The notes beneath the pieces are model-generated. The model had not been told where the DNA came from. It searched no databases and saw only the letters and a list, made by a program, of their open reading frames with translations. From Nitrosopumilus sp. (GTDB lineage Archaea; Thermoproteota; Nitrososphaeria; Nitrososphaerales; Nitrosopumilaceae): a stretch of 64,000 nt of DNA. The stretch is taken from positions 448,001 to 512,000 of the forward strand of contig OZ243974.1 of assembly GCA_965214775.1 (NCBI GenBank), in the 5' to 3' direction. Below are positions 40,486 through 51,655 of this stretch, in pieces (positions within the stretch are counted from its first letter, which is position 1; each line of letters starts with the position of its first letter). Made by a program: the position numbers and the translations under genes.

Positions 40486-42677
40486 GCTACGTCCTGTGCA
40501 TGACCGCAGTTCTGGCGTCGGTCTGCTGCCTTGCGGCAACAGCAACAGCAGTAGCGGCATACGGGGAGACCATAGAGATAGTGACATCCCGGGGAAACGT
40601 CTTTGTTGTAGACATGGGCCCGTCCGGTGGGCCGGATACGGCCGACGATGACGGGGGCAGCAACTCCATGATAGGCGGGCTCGGGATAAACTCGCGGCTC
40701 GTACACCACGGCGTGGCCGGCACCATGATCCACGGCCCGGGTACGACGGGCACCGAGGAGTCGCTGAGGCCGTACACCACGGTTCCCTCCGATACGCGGT
40801 TCGTCGCGATACTTGAGGATGACGGGGCCGACTCGTATCCCGTCCCCGACGCGTATTCAAGGTACGAGTTTGTGGGTGGCGCACTAGAGCGCAGAACCGC
40901 AGAGCCTGCAAACATACTCGGATACGCAGACGCCCGCACCGTTCATGGCAGCGTCGACATCGTGGTAGACGATGACGGCATAACGCTGTCAGGGGAGGGA
41001 CGGATCATACTGAGACTGCACGATACGACCGAGCAGATCCACATGCGGGGCCAGGCAGGCGGCGATACGGTGATGAGGGTTGTTCATTCCCCGTACGATC
41101 TGATGGCAATCCCGCATACGGGCAAGGGGTTCTTGGTAAATAACATGACATCAGATCCCGGAACAAGCGGGCTCGAGGTGCTGGTGGGATCCGTGGACGA
41201 CTCGGTAAAGTCGGCCAATTTCGAGTTCGTGCAGGAGGCCTCCCTGACCGTATACCATGGCAAGTGCTGCAAGGGAAGATACGTGCAGACGGGCTCCCAC
41301 GAGATAAGCACGCCTGCACACCTGATCATACAGGCCCACCCGAGCGGCTATCACGCAGTCACCGGCGACACTACCGATCCGTGGACCATGGATACGGACT
41401 CGATAAAGAGGCCCGGGGCCAAGACGCTCAGCACGCACTACAACAGGGTGACGGGCTTTGAGCACACCATACATGACACGCTCCCGGTCAGGCAGGCCGG
41501 GCCCTCCCTTGTCGGCGCCTTTGATGCCGAGTTTGGCGGCCTGCGCGACGCGTACCTGGTAGTCGACAGCAGCGGCCAAGCGCCCTCCAGGATATGGGCG
41601 CATACGATATCGGATGCCGACTTTGTCAGCATAGGGGGCGTCCCGGACGGCACCGCATACAGGATTACCAGCGGCGCGGATACCGTGTCTGCCGGCATAT
41701 CAGACGGGACCATAACGGTCGGGTCGTTCCCGACGCCCGCCCGGAGCGAGGAGCTTGCACTGCACCTGTATCCGGACGCCCTGGTGCATGTGGGAACGGG
41801 CGATGCGGGAATGATCGTCCTGGATCACGCAAACTCGGAATCCCTTGCAGTCGCAGGAGGAGGTGCCGACGAGGACACCGTGTATACGGTTCACGCATAC
41901 GTCAAGATTCCGGTGACCGGCGCCGTAACGATAAACGGCACCTCGATGGACGGTCTCGCGCTGCCGTATCTTGACGGCAGCTACTCGGGCGGCGATTCCA
42001 TGATGATCCCGGTGATCCCGACGTACAGGGGCATATCCATGTCGATAAACGGGATGGACGCATACCTTGGAATCGCGGACGTGCTGGGCGGGACCGGCCT
42101 GAGGATCACCGATCCCGTATCGAGTACGATCTCGGTATCACAGGACAGGTTTGTCGACAGCATCCAGTCAACTGCGGGAATAGTCGCGTACGCGGTGGCC
42201 CCGACGGACGGCAGGATGAAAGCGCACGTGAGGGCCGAGATCTCCGGCGTCTCGGAGATTACCAATACTAGGACATACTTTGAGAACACCCCGCCACCTC
42301 CCCCGCCGCCGCGGCCAAGGGATCCGCTGACGCTGTGGATAGAGGTGTACGTGAACGGCCAGCTGCGCGAGATCGACGGCCGCACCCAGACGCAGATCTT
42401 CTTCAGCGACACGCCCGGCGAGTCCCACCAGTCCGGCGCCAGCGGGAGCCACTCCACGTTCCATACGGCGCGATTCTCGTATCCTGACATCCTTGTATTT
42501 GACTCCATGTCCGTTCCCGTGGAGGCCGCCGACTTTGTGGAGTTTTACTTTTACAACCAGATAGAGGCGCACGGAAGCGTGCCGCCGCTGCCCTCAGGGT
42601 TTCACGAGCATGCGCAGCACGGCCGCGCCTCGGCCACCGCGACCATGCGGTATGCCAGCATAAACACCGGCATGTGA
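40482..42677 (+). CDS. Large secreted beta-rich protein
   Basis: Signal peptide, poly-Pro stretch; ATGA-coupled to the pilin-like gene. Confidence 0.75.
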   Translation: MSYVLCMTAVLASVCCLAATATAVAAYGETIEIVTSRGNVFVVDMGPSGGPDTADDDGGSNSMIGGLGINSRLVHHGVAGTMIHGPGTTGTEESLRPYTTVPSDTRFVAILEDDGADSYPVPDAYSRYEFVGGALERRTAEPANILGYADARTVHGSVDIVVDDDGITLSGEGRIILRLHDTTEQIHMRGQAGGDTVMRVVHSPYDLMAIPHTGKGFLVNNMTSDPGTSGLEVLVGSVDDSVKSANFEFVQEASLTVYHGKCCKGRYVQTGSHEISTPAHLIIQAHPSGYHAVTGDTTDPWTMDTDSIKRPGAKTLSTHYNRVTGFEHTIHDTLPVRQAGPSLVGAFDAEFGGLRDAYLVVDSSGQAPSRIWAHTISDADFVSIGGVPDGTAYRITSGADTVSAGISDGTITVGSFPTPARSEELALHLYPDALVHVGTGDAGMIVLDHANSESLAVAGGGADEDTVYTVHAYVKIPVTGAVTINGTSMDGLALPYLDGSYSGGDSMMIPVIPTYRGISMSINGMDAYLGIADVLGGTGLRITDPVSSTISVSQDRFVDSIQSTAGIVAYAVAPTDGRMKAHVRAEISGVSEITNTRTYFENTPPPPPPPRPRDPLTLWIEVYVNGQLREIDGRTQTQIFFSDTPGESHQSGASGSHSTFHTARFSYPDILVFDSMSVPVEAADFVEFYFYNQIEAHGSVPPLPSGFHEHAQHGRASATATMRYASINTGM

Positions 42678-44805
42678 GGCTTAAATCTATAGTGTCGTTT
42701 TGCAGGCAGATGATCGTACAGGGAACGGTACTTGCGGCGCTGCTGCTGCTGTGCGCGGCCCCCGTGGCCATATACGGGGAGGAGCTGTGGGTCCCCCGGC
42801 ACATGATTGCGGGCCAGACCTATCACGGAGTAGTAATCCTGCCAGAGGCCTCGCCGCACGGATCCCTGGTACTGCTCTCCTCGGGCGGGGACGTCGGGAT
42901 GCCACAGAGCCTGTACATACCGTCGCTGCACAACCACGGGATATTCGAGATGGTGCCGGAGGGAGACGGCCCCGTCGAGATCCTTGCAACCATACACGGG
43001 GCGCTCCACTCCGCAGAGAGCACCGTATACCCTGAGACTTCCTCCCCTGCAAGGTTGCAGCTGATCCTGCCTGCCAACGCCACCCTCGCTGATTCCATGA
43101 TCGGATATGTAGCAGTCGTGGACGAGCACGGCCTTCCGGTCATATCAGATGAGACCATCAGGGTCACGCTTGCCGCATCAGGATCAGTCCAGGTGCCTTC
43201 CGGCGTGCACATTGCCAACGGCACGTTCTATGACTCGTTTTACATGGATACCGAGGGGCCGGGCGGGATAATTGCAAGCGCCGCCGGACTGCAGCCGGAT
43301 CACGCCGAGATGCAGAGGGTCCGGGACGGGGTAACGGTGAGAGTCGGGATTGCGCCGGATATTGCAATGCCGGACTCCTTTGCGTACTATTACGTCTGGC
43401 TTGAAAAGGACGGCGCCCCCTTCAAGCCGCCGGGCACGGCAAGGGCGTTCATACACTCCAACAACCATGACATCGCAAGGACCCATGTCAGTCCTGCCTT
43501 TGACTCTGACGGGTTTGCAGTAACCTTGGTCGACGGGGTCGCACGCGGGGTGATATACACGGGTTCAGCTGGCCATGCCGTCATATCTGCAAGCATCCCG
43601 GAGCTCGGCATGGGGCAGGACATGATGTTTGTCGGGGCCGCCAGGTTTGACGGCATGCACGACGACATTGACGAGAGGCACGCATACATGGTATCTGAAC
43701 AGCGGGGGGATCCGGAGGCCAACCTCATACGGTCGTGGATATATCCTGATATAACCGACGGGACGGCGTGGGGGGTTGCAGCCATGTACAACGTGGACAA
43801 GGACAGATACCTTGACGCAAGGCTGGATGAGTCGGGCAGGCTTGAGACTGTCATATCCGAGGACATGATACTTGCACCCGTGGAGACCGACGGCAGGACG
43901 GTCTATGTCTCCTCGCCATACGGCCTGGAGCATGCAGACGCCCTTGTCATGAGATATGACATGATGCCCACAAACGCCGCCGAGTTTGAGATCAGGGGGA
44001 CCGGTGCCGGAAGCTACGAGATGTCGCTCTCCGGCCAGGGGCTGGAGCCCTCATCGTCCCGGGTAAACGTCACCGAGCCGCACGGCAGCAGGTTTCAGCT
44101 CAGCATATCGGCGCTTCCGGTGCTTGGCGACACGTGGCAGGATCTTGCCATGATATCAGTCGTGGACGGGGACGGCGCGATGGTGGATGCCGCCGAGATC
44201 CTTGGAAGGGACGCGGAGATCTCCGTCGTGGCGCCCGGGGGCATAAGCCCGGGCCCGATCCGGCCGGCCCACTCGGGCTCCGCCATACTGGACGGAACGC
44301 TGGACGGGCCGGCGCAGATCACGGCAATACTTGACGGCGTGGGATCGGCCAGCTCCGATATCATTCCTGCGGGGGTGGCGACCTCCCTTGAGCTGCTGCT
44401 GCCCGGATCAGTGCATATCGGCGAGGAGTTTCCGTTTGCGGTACACGAGACAGACAAGCTCGGCATTCCGATACGAAAGGCAGATTCGGTAAGGATATCG
44501 ACGCCTCTTGAGCTGTCCGCAGGCGAGCACATGGTATTGCGCGAGTCCGGTACGGGAAACGTGTCTGCAATATCGGGCGCCGGGGCCGACGGCGCGCAGA
44601 TATCGGGGTTTGCCAATGTAATGCGCGCGGAGCTTGACGTGGATCAGTCCAGGCTCAGGATAGGGGAGACGGCGCGCATCGAGGTAATCAACGACATAGA
44701 TGCGCAATATTCGATAGATACGAGGCAGCCCTTTGAGCGCGTCTCTGACTCGGTATTCGTGATAACCGCGGACAGCGAGGGCGAGTCCACCGTAAGCATA
44801 CTTGC

Positions 44806-45870
44806 TGTATTATATGAAAATTATGTCGCACCATCACCAATGTCCTCCTCCATCCATCTTGGGTTGCTTTTCCTGATCGCTTCTGTGGCCTCCCTGTCGG
44901 AGAATGCCCGCAGCGGCGTCTCGTAGTTGTCGATGTCAAGCGACCAGTGCAGCCTGTCCTCGTTATAGTAGTCGATGTATGCAGACAGACTCTTGTGGTT
45001 CCATATCTCCTCCTCGATGCTCCTGTGGAATCTCTCCAGTTTGCCATTGGTCTGCGGGTGATACGGCCTGGAGTTTATCAGCCCGATTTCGCAGTTGAGC
45101 AGCTCCTCCTCAAAGGCAGTGGGCCTCCATCCGCCCTTGGGCGGACTCTTCTTCTTCTTCGGATCCGAGCGCGCCCCGACAAAGCACTTGCCGTTGTCTG
45201 AGAGTATGGTGGCAGGCGCGCCGAACTGGGCCACGGCCTGCCGCAGGACCGCCACGACGTTTTCTGAGGTGGCCTCCCTGAACAGGCCCGCACCAGTCAC
45301 GCACCTGGACGAGTCGTCTAGGAACGTGACCAAATTGAGCCCTGCAAAGCGCGGATCCTTCATGGTATGCCAGTCCACGTGCCACATGGCATTGGAGTAT
45401 TTGCGCTCAAAGCGGACGTATTTTCTGGGCATTGATTTTGCAGCCGATGGCGTCACCAGCCCGTTTTCTTTCATTATCCTGTATACCTCGTAGTAGCTTA
45501 TATCGAGTTGCCTTCGCAGCCTCTTGGCCGTATGAACCACCCCTGCTGCACTGTGTTTGTACTCCTCCAGGACTGCGCGCACGTCCCCGTCGGGAACCGG
45601 GGCGCTCTTTTTCCTTCCCGGCTTGAGCGGCACGTGGTGCGTGTCGCCTGTCTTCCTGAACCGGGCATACATCCGCTGGACGTGCCTTGTCGTGACGCCT
45701 ATCTCCGGGGCCACCTCCGAGGGCTTTCGTCCCCCTGCACATTGCGTCACTGCGTATCTGATCTGCTTTGCCTCGAGCCTTACAACCATCGGTTTTCTTG
45801 ATCGGTAAAGCCTAAAGTAATCCTTTGCAATCCTCCTCAAATTAGTGCGACCTAATTTTCGTACAATAGA
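44806..45870 (-). mobile_element. IS481-family insertion sequence, copy C (1065 bp, different element from A/B)
   Basis: IRs TGTATTATATGAAAATTATGTCGCAC / TCTATTGTACGAAAATTAGGTCGCAC; 16-bp duplication CCGTAAGCATACTTGC. Confidence 0.93.
44821..45789 (-). CDS. IS481-family DDE transposase
   Basis: WHVDW, DDSSR, SDNG, HPQTNGKLERFH. Confidence 0.93.
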   Translation of the reverse strand: MVVRLEAKQIRYAVTQCAGGRKPSEVAPEIGVTTRHVQRMYARFRKTGDTHHVPLKPGRKKSAPVPDGDVRAVLEEYKHSAAGVVHTAKRLRRQLDISYYEVYRIMKENGLVTPSAAKSMPRKYVRFERKYSNAMWHVDWHTMKDPRFAGLNLVTFLDDSSRCVTGAGLFREATSENVVAVLRQAVAQFGAPATILSDNGKCFVGARSDPKKKKSPPKGGWRPTAFEEELLNCEIGLINSRPYHPQTNGKLERFHRSIEEEIWNHKSLSAYIDYYNEDRLHWSLDIDNYETPLRAFSDREATEAIRKSNPRWMEEDIGDGAT

Positions 45871-46646
45871 CCGTAAGCATACTTGCGACCAGGCCCGGGT
45901 ACGAGCCGGTCATGCTGTCTGCCGAGCTGCAGATACTCCACATATACCTCATGGATATAGACGTCACGGACTCGGGCGGCCTGCGGATACACCCAAGGTT
46001 CACGGTTACCGCGGGCCCGGACTCGGCAGTCGTCGGGCCCCCGTACCATGCAGAGTTTCGGCCGGGAACCGTGAAAGTCGAGTTCCCGGAGCACCACTCT
46101 TCGGATACCGCGGGATACTCCTTTGATCATGCCGTGGTAAACGATGAAATATCACACCACAGCGTGCTGTCGCTAGAGCCGGACGGGGATGTTGTGATAA
46201 ATGCGGTGTACCGGCAGGAGGTGCTGATAAGCGTGATCGGCGGGGAGGGCTCCGGAGTGTACGGTATAGGCCAGACTGTGACCGTCAGTGCTCCCGAAAG
46301 ACACGTCGTGTCATTTCTGGTGCGCGAGGTCTTTGAGAGATGGGACGGGCTAGAACACGGCTCTGCCACGGCCACGTTTGCAGCCGGGGAGAACATGGAG
46401 ATAACTGCAGTGTACCGGACCGATTACACGTACCTGATGGTAATCGTTGCCGCACCACTGCTTGCGGGAAGTGCCATCGTGCTGTACAGGATGTCGGGAC
46501 TGGGATGGGCAATGAAGAATGTAATAGACAGGATGGCAGGCCTCATTCCCGGAGCATCCGCAAAAAGGGACGGCGCCGGGGGCCAGGATCTACAGGAGAA
46601 GGACTGACCGTTTCCTGCCTTTTAACCTGCCGTCCATTGATGGTCG

Positions 46647-48995
46647 TTGAAGGTCCTCATCTGTCTGCTTGCATTCATTGCGGTATTCCTTGCAGCCGAG
46701 GCGGCACACGCGTACCACGGCACGTCGTTTCCGTGCAGCCTGCGCGTGCAGGGTACGATACTGCCCGTATACTACGACGGCAGTCCCCGGAACAATCCTG
46801 ACGGGACGTTTTATCCGGGCGACTCGTTTTACTATCTGGTAAGCTATTCGGCAGGCCCCCAGTGCAGGGGCCTGCACACGCACGAAATAAGGCACACGGA
46901 CGGGCTAGAGATAGAGTTCCATGTGTCGGGGCCCCCGCGTCCGGGCCGCGTAGGGGATGACGGGTACACGGATCCCGACTCTGTGGACAGGATAAGAAAT
47001 GTAATAGAATCCAGGTGCGAAAGAAGCGGCCAGTACTCTGGATGCTTCTTTGGCAAGGCCACCGTCTCCGGGGACGCGGGGTTCTCCTGCACCGGATCGG
47101 ATCCCTGTGTAGACAGGACCGAACACGTAGAGCAGTCGGTGACTGCGATCAAGAGAGTCTGCACAAGCGGTGACGGGGGCATAAGGTGCAGAAACGTGCC
47201 AGTCACAAGGACCGCCGTCATGACGCCCCCCGTCCTCAAGCCCTCCCTGGACGTGATCCTGACAAGGGAGATCCTGCATGACGCAGACGGGTACGAGGCC
47301 CGCAACCTTGACGGGACATACTATCTCTGGGATCCGGTCACCGTACTGCACGTGCAGCAGTTCCGGTGGAAGGACCATCGCGCCAATACGATACACTTTG
47401 AGACAGGCAGGAGCACGGACCTGCATACGGAGGCGGTACGAGAGTGCGGCGAGAACTCGTGCGATGTGATACTGGAGCATTCCGGGCTTACCCCGTCCGG
47501 ATGGCGCCTTGGCAACGGCGACGGCATTACGATATACAACGCCACCGGCGAGCCGCACCTGGGACGGGCCGAGATAGATTATGACGTCAGGGTGTACAAC
47601 AACGGTGAGCTTCTGCTGGACTATAACGAGGAGGTGACAGACGCGCTGATCGTCCTATATCTGCCGCAGTACACGGAATATCCGTACTCGCTGCTGTCTG
47701 ACGACATGCGTACCTCGTATCAGAACCGCGCCTCGGTGGCGCTGCACTACTTTGGCTCGCTTGGCGGGGGGCCTGACGATGCGGAGCTGCTACACGAGGA
47801 CAGGCGCAGCAAGATAAACGACTTTGCATACGCGGGATTCGGCCTTGATCCGTGGCATCCCGTCATGTTCAACGAGACACTGTCATGGTCGGAGGCAGTG
47901 GACGTGGGAATAATCCCGTACCCGGGGGGACACGAGCATATACTATCGCCGTCGTCACATCCGGGTATAATACCGTGCACGACAAAGGAACACGGCACTG
48001 CCATGATGAAAAAATCAGGATACTGCAAGATCCACTTTGACTATCCAATTCTGGATACGGTCACGGGGCCGTCGGGCCCCAGATACGAGAACGCCACGCT
48101 GTTCAACACCCTGATATCGCACGACTTTGCGGGAAGACACGACACGTATCTCTCACACTACGAGTACAGGTTTGCCGAGCCATTCCTGCACACCATGCTC
48201 CGCGTGGAATCCGTCGGGGCAGGCGGCTCTGCGGCCGACACGCCGGTCACAGTAGACATAGGTCCTGCAGGCGACGTCCAGACGATCCCGGAGTATCTCC
48301 ACGAGAAGGCCACACACGATACCGGTGACGCCGGCCTAGGAATCATAGTCTCAAATGACACGCATCCGATCCAGTATTCGGCATCCGGCCAGGGGGCCAT
48401 CGATGTAAAGCTGCGCCGGGTCAGCTCCGAGTTTGGCAGGTACTCCATAGAGGGGAACCAGGACGTTGCAGGAAGGGACATCGCGGACCTTGCGCCGCTC
48501 TACCTTGCAAACTCCAAGAATGCCCGGCTTGAGGTGCCACTTGACGTGGGACTGGGCTCGCCCTCTCCGCTGTCGGTAAACGTTACTGCAGGCGGCATGA
48601 CAAGGCAATACGAGTACGACTATGCGGACTTTGGAAGCAACATCACCATATCGGCAAACCTTGCACAGGACAACATGCTTGCAGCATCGCGGGAGCACGG
48701 CTACGTGACTGTAACGGCGCCCCCCGAATTCGGGAGGATAGAAAGGCTGTATCTGGACGGCCAGGATACGGGTGCCGACTGCGGCGTATCCTGTATCATA
48801 AGCGTGCAGGACGATTCCTCAATCCGGGTTACGGCAGAAAACGGGTGGGGAGGAACCGCACATGCGACAGTCCCGGAGTTTGTGCCAGAAGAGCCGCGCC
48901 GGCTGCTGCCCGAGCACGTGGTTCCGCTTGCGCTGTTTGCGCTTGCAATGATTCCCGCGTACCTGGTATACGACAGGATGAAGAGCAGGCGCTGA
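46647..48995 (+). CDS. Large secreted, C-terminally anchored surface protein
   Basis: Signal peptide, RNxDGT(F/Y)Y twice, Cys pairs, C-terminal TM followed by basic tail. Confidence 0.78.
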   Translation: MKVLICLLAFIAVFLAAEAAHAYHGTSFPCSLRVQGTILPVYYDGSPRNNPDGTFYPGDSFYYLVSYSAGPQCRGLHTHEIRHTDGLEIEFHVSGPPRPGRVGDDGYTDPDSVDRIRNVIESRCERSGQYSGCFFGKATVSGDAGFSCTGSDPCVDRTEHVEQSVTAIKRVCTSGDGGIRCRNVPVTRTAVMTPPVLKPSLDVILTREILHDADGYEARNLDGTYYLWDPVTVLHVQQFRWKDHRANTIHFETGRSTDLHTEAVRECGENSCDVILEHSGLTPSGWRLGNGDGITIYNATGEPHLGRAEIDYDVRVYNNGELLLDYNEEVTDALIVLYLPQYTEYPYSLLSDDMRTSYQNRASVALHYFGSLGGGPDDAELLHEDRRSKINDFAYAGFGLDPWHPVMFNETLSWSEAVDVGIIPYPGGHEHILSPSSHPGIIPCTTKEHGTAMMKKSGYCKIHFDYPILDTVTGPSGPRYENATLFNTLISHDFAGRHDTYLSHYEYRFAEPFLHTMLRVESVGAGGSAADTPVTVDIGPAGDVQTIPEYLHEKATHDTGDAGLGIIVSNDTHPIQYSASGQGAIDVKLRRVSSEFGRYSIEGNQDVAGRDIADLAPLYLANSKNARLEVPLDVGLGSPSPLSVNVTAGGMTRQYEYDYADFGSNITISANLAQDNMLAASREHGYVTVTAPPEFGRIERLYLDGQDTGADCGVSCIISVQDDSSIRVTAENGWGGTAHATVPEFVPEEPRRLLPEHVVPLALFALAMIPAYLVYDRMKSRR

Positions 48996-49197
48996 ACAGT
49001 ATTGCCTGTCCAATCAACCATGCTGTAAAAATGAAAAAAATTACTCCTCGCTGTCCGAAGAGTTTGACGTATGCTCTTTTTTTGGAAACAATGCTTTTTT
49101 CAAATCTCCGCCTACCCTTATTGGCTTGACAGTAGATTCGGCCTCATCGTTACTCATACCATTACAATGCGGATGTTTTATAATAGAGTTGTCCATC

Positions 49198-49710
49198 ATG
49201 TGTTCGTTGCAGGAAGAATTTCTAGAAGAAATGAGATTGGAGTATGACAGGCGTAATCAGGCATCTGAAAGTTTGATAAAAAAAGCAAACAATCTGATGA
49301 CCGTATCTGGAATAATCGCCACCTTGATTATGGGGCTTTATGGCTCTTCGTATGATGCGGAAGGGTTCCAAATCTTTGAGCCCCAGAGCTTGATTTTAGT
49401 TAGCATGGTGATGATGATCGTTACCGTATTTTACTGTGTTGTGTCAAACAGAGTGGAATTTCAACGCACGATATTCTTGGGCAAAAACTTTCTTGAGCAT
49501 TCTATGACAAGCTCTAAAATCATCAAAAGCTGGACAAATTCAGCAAGAGATGACTACCATGAGGCATTAATCGACGAATATGTCAAGTGCTTGTATCAGG
49601 CTGAATGCGTAATTGAAGAAAAATCAGAGAAGCTGGGTAATGCAATAAGAATATTCTTGTTTGGGTTAATTAGCTTTCCAGTGCTCTTTGCACTCGGCAT
49701 GGTTTTTTGA
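49198..49710 (+). CDS. Three-helix membrane protein
   Basis: Low-GC ORF with three hydrophobic segments. Confidence 0.65.
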   Translation: MCSLQEEFLEEMRLEYDRRNQASESLIKKANNLMTVSGIIATLIMGLYGSSYDAEGFQIFEPQSLILVSMVMMIVTVFYCVVSNRVEFQRTIFLGKNFLEHSMTSSKIIKSWTNSARDDYHEALIDEYVKCLYQAECVIEEKSEKLGNAIRIFLFGLISFPVLFALGMVF

Positions 49711-50040
49711 TTTCTGAGGCTATTCCGTGGATCGGTTTCGGATTTTGGGCCGTGTTGTGGGCATACTGGCAATCACAGGTTCTTGAAGGCCGCCTGCTAC
49801 CTGCAGAGGTATCTGATCATGAAACACTTGGAACTTTTGCTCGTTAGCATGCCTCTGACAAGACCATACGGCAGTCTTCCAAGCAACATAAAATGGTTTC
49901 AACTCGAAGCAGTTCAGACCGGCCTGCAGATCCGCACATCGTAGTCTGCACCGCCATGAGCATGGCTACATTTGGGAAGATTGCAGATAATCAAAGACTT
50001 TTAATCGCCGCCACAGTAGCTAGATTAATCCGGGATTCAG

Positions 50041-50457
50041 ATGTCAGAACCGTTGGAATGGATTTATCCATTTGAAGCAATTATTTATTCACGAGATGAA
50101 TTATACAGATATAGTCTTGGTTCAGCAATAACAATCAAAGGCCAAAACTCGGTAATATGCCTTAGAAATATTGACGACGACAAAGTTGCAGGATATTTGA
50201 AATTCAATGTGGATTCAAACACGGACAGCATGAATGAGATTGGAGATATTGCAAAATCAATTTTTGTTAGGTTTGAAGATTCAATGTTACTAAAAGGAAG
50301 AATTCTTAGGGAGACAAAATTTGGTGGGTTAAAGTGTATGAATTGCCAAGGTCGAAAATTCAAGGTTAGTTCTGAACTTGCTATAAGGTGGAAAATTGAA
50401 GGCAAAACAGGAACCATATCCGAGAATGAGGAACGGAAGATTGAAAAATTTTTCAAA
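50041..50457 (+). pseudogene. Hypothetical gene 3'-truncated by IS481 copy B
   Basis: Low-GC coding frame runs directly into the IS end at 50458. Confidence 0.65.
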
Positions 50458-51609
50458 TGTGGGATCCAGAAAGTAGTTCGCCCCCCCTTATTTGACATCA
50501 TACTCCTCTCCTGTCTGCCCGTCAATAACGGTTTCCCCCTCCTTGGGCATCTTTCTGAGAAATGCCTGTGCGGGCGTCTCCTGGTTGTCCCAGTCCAGCG
50601 ACCTGTGGGGCCTGTCATGATTGTACCACTGCATGAACAGGTCTATCGGGTCGCTTTTTCTCATCATGATCTCCTCGAACTCGTGCAGCTTGCGCTGGAT
50701 CTCCCCGTGGAGGCGCTCGACCTTTCCGTTGGTCTGGGGTCGTCCCACGCCTGCCAGGATCTGCCGTATTCCCAGTTCTGTCAGTTTCTTTTCAAACTCG
50801 CCTTCGCCCCTCTTTTTTGCCGTCTCTTTCTCGTTGGCATAGAACTGGCTGCCGTGGTCTGTCATGATCGAGGCCGGCTTGCCGTGCTTTTCTATTGCCG
50901 TCTCAAGCACTGCCAGGGCGTTTTTGGTCGTGGCATTATCAAAGATGCCATATCCGGTCACAAACCTGGAGGCATCGTCCTCGTAGCACAGGAACCATCT
51001 GCCGTCGTGCATTCCGCCGTGGATCTGCTTCCAGTCTGTATGCCACAGCGAGTTTGAGTGATCGCGCTCGTAGCGGACCCACCTGTACCTTGTACCCTTG
51101 CTGGGCTGCGCCTCTGCCATCTCCTCGTCCCTCAGTATCTTGTGTATGATGCCGTGCGGGATATGGATTCCGGTCTGATTCGCTATGCGCTGCTGCAGTC
51201 CGGCAGCCCCCATGTGCTCTGCATGTCTGGCAGACATGACTGCAGAGTGCTCCCTGCGTCCGGGCAGACCGTTCTGGGGCCTTCCCATTGGCGCAGGATG
51301 CGATATCTCGCTTGCCGCAGGGCAGCCTTTGTGCCTGGCCCACAGCTTCTGGACCCACCGTACTGTCACGTCCATGGTTCCGGCTATCTGGGCGTTGGTA
51401 AGCTCGCCCTTTTTCTTTTCTTTCACTATCCATTGTACTTGGCTTTTCTCTAGCTTCATGCCGTTTGGGTGCTCAAGACTCACGTATTTACGGAGCTTTC
51501 GTCGCCAGACCCACACACCTGTACTTCCAGTGTGGGTCAGGCTTGCACATCTGCTCCTGACCGACTTTACACACTCGGAGAAGGGGTGAACTACTTTTTG
51601 GACTATACA
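50458..51609 (-). mobile_element. IS481-family insertion sequence, copy B (1152 bp)
   Basis: Only a few SNPs versus copy A; no target duplication. Confidence 0.93.
50488..51459 (-). CDS. IS481-family DDE transposase
   Basis: Near-identical to 30903-31874. Confidence 0.93.
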   Translation of the reverse strand: MKLEKSQVQWIVKEKKKGELTNAQIAGTMDVTVRWVQKLWARHKGCPAASEISHPAPMGRPQNGLPGRREHSAVMSARHAEHMGAAGLQQRIANQTGIHIPHGIIHKILRDEEMAEAQPSKGTRYRWVRYERDHSNSLWHTDWKQIHGGMHDGRWFLCYEDDASRFVTGYGIFDNATTKNALAVLETAIEKHGKPASIMTDHGSQFYANEKETAKKRGEGEFEKKLTELGIRQILAGVGRPQTNGKVERLHGEIQRKLHEFEEIMMRKSDPIDLFMQWYNHDRPHRSLDWDNQETPAQAFLRKMPKEGETVIDGQTGEEYDVK

Positions 51610-51655
51610 TAACGCCAACGTACTTGATGCCCTTGTCAGCAATGCCATCCTGGAC

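Larger units (their letters stand above)
42710..46607 (+). pseudogene. Large surface protein with C-terminal TM anchor, split by IS481 copy C
   Basis: Removing the IS and one target copy restores the frame ...GESTVSILA-TRPGYEPVMLSAEL...; InlB-B-like GEGSG.Y..G.TV.VSA...FERW repeat. Confidence 0.85.

Noticed and set aside
33844-49017. Many overlapping alternative-frame ORFs in the GC-rich region
   Set aside because: Expected from low stop-codon frequency; they overlap better-supported genes
50041-51057. 338-aa ORF as a real protein
   Set aside because: Chimera of a truncated gene and the antisense strand of IS481
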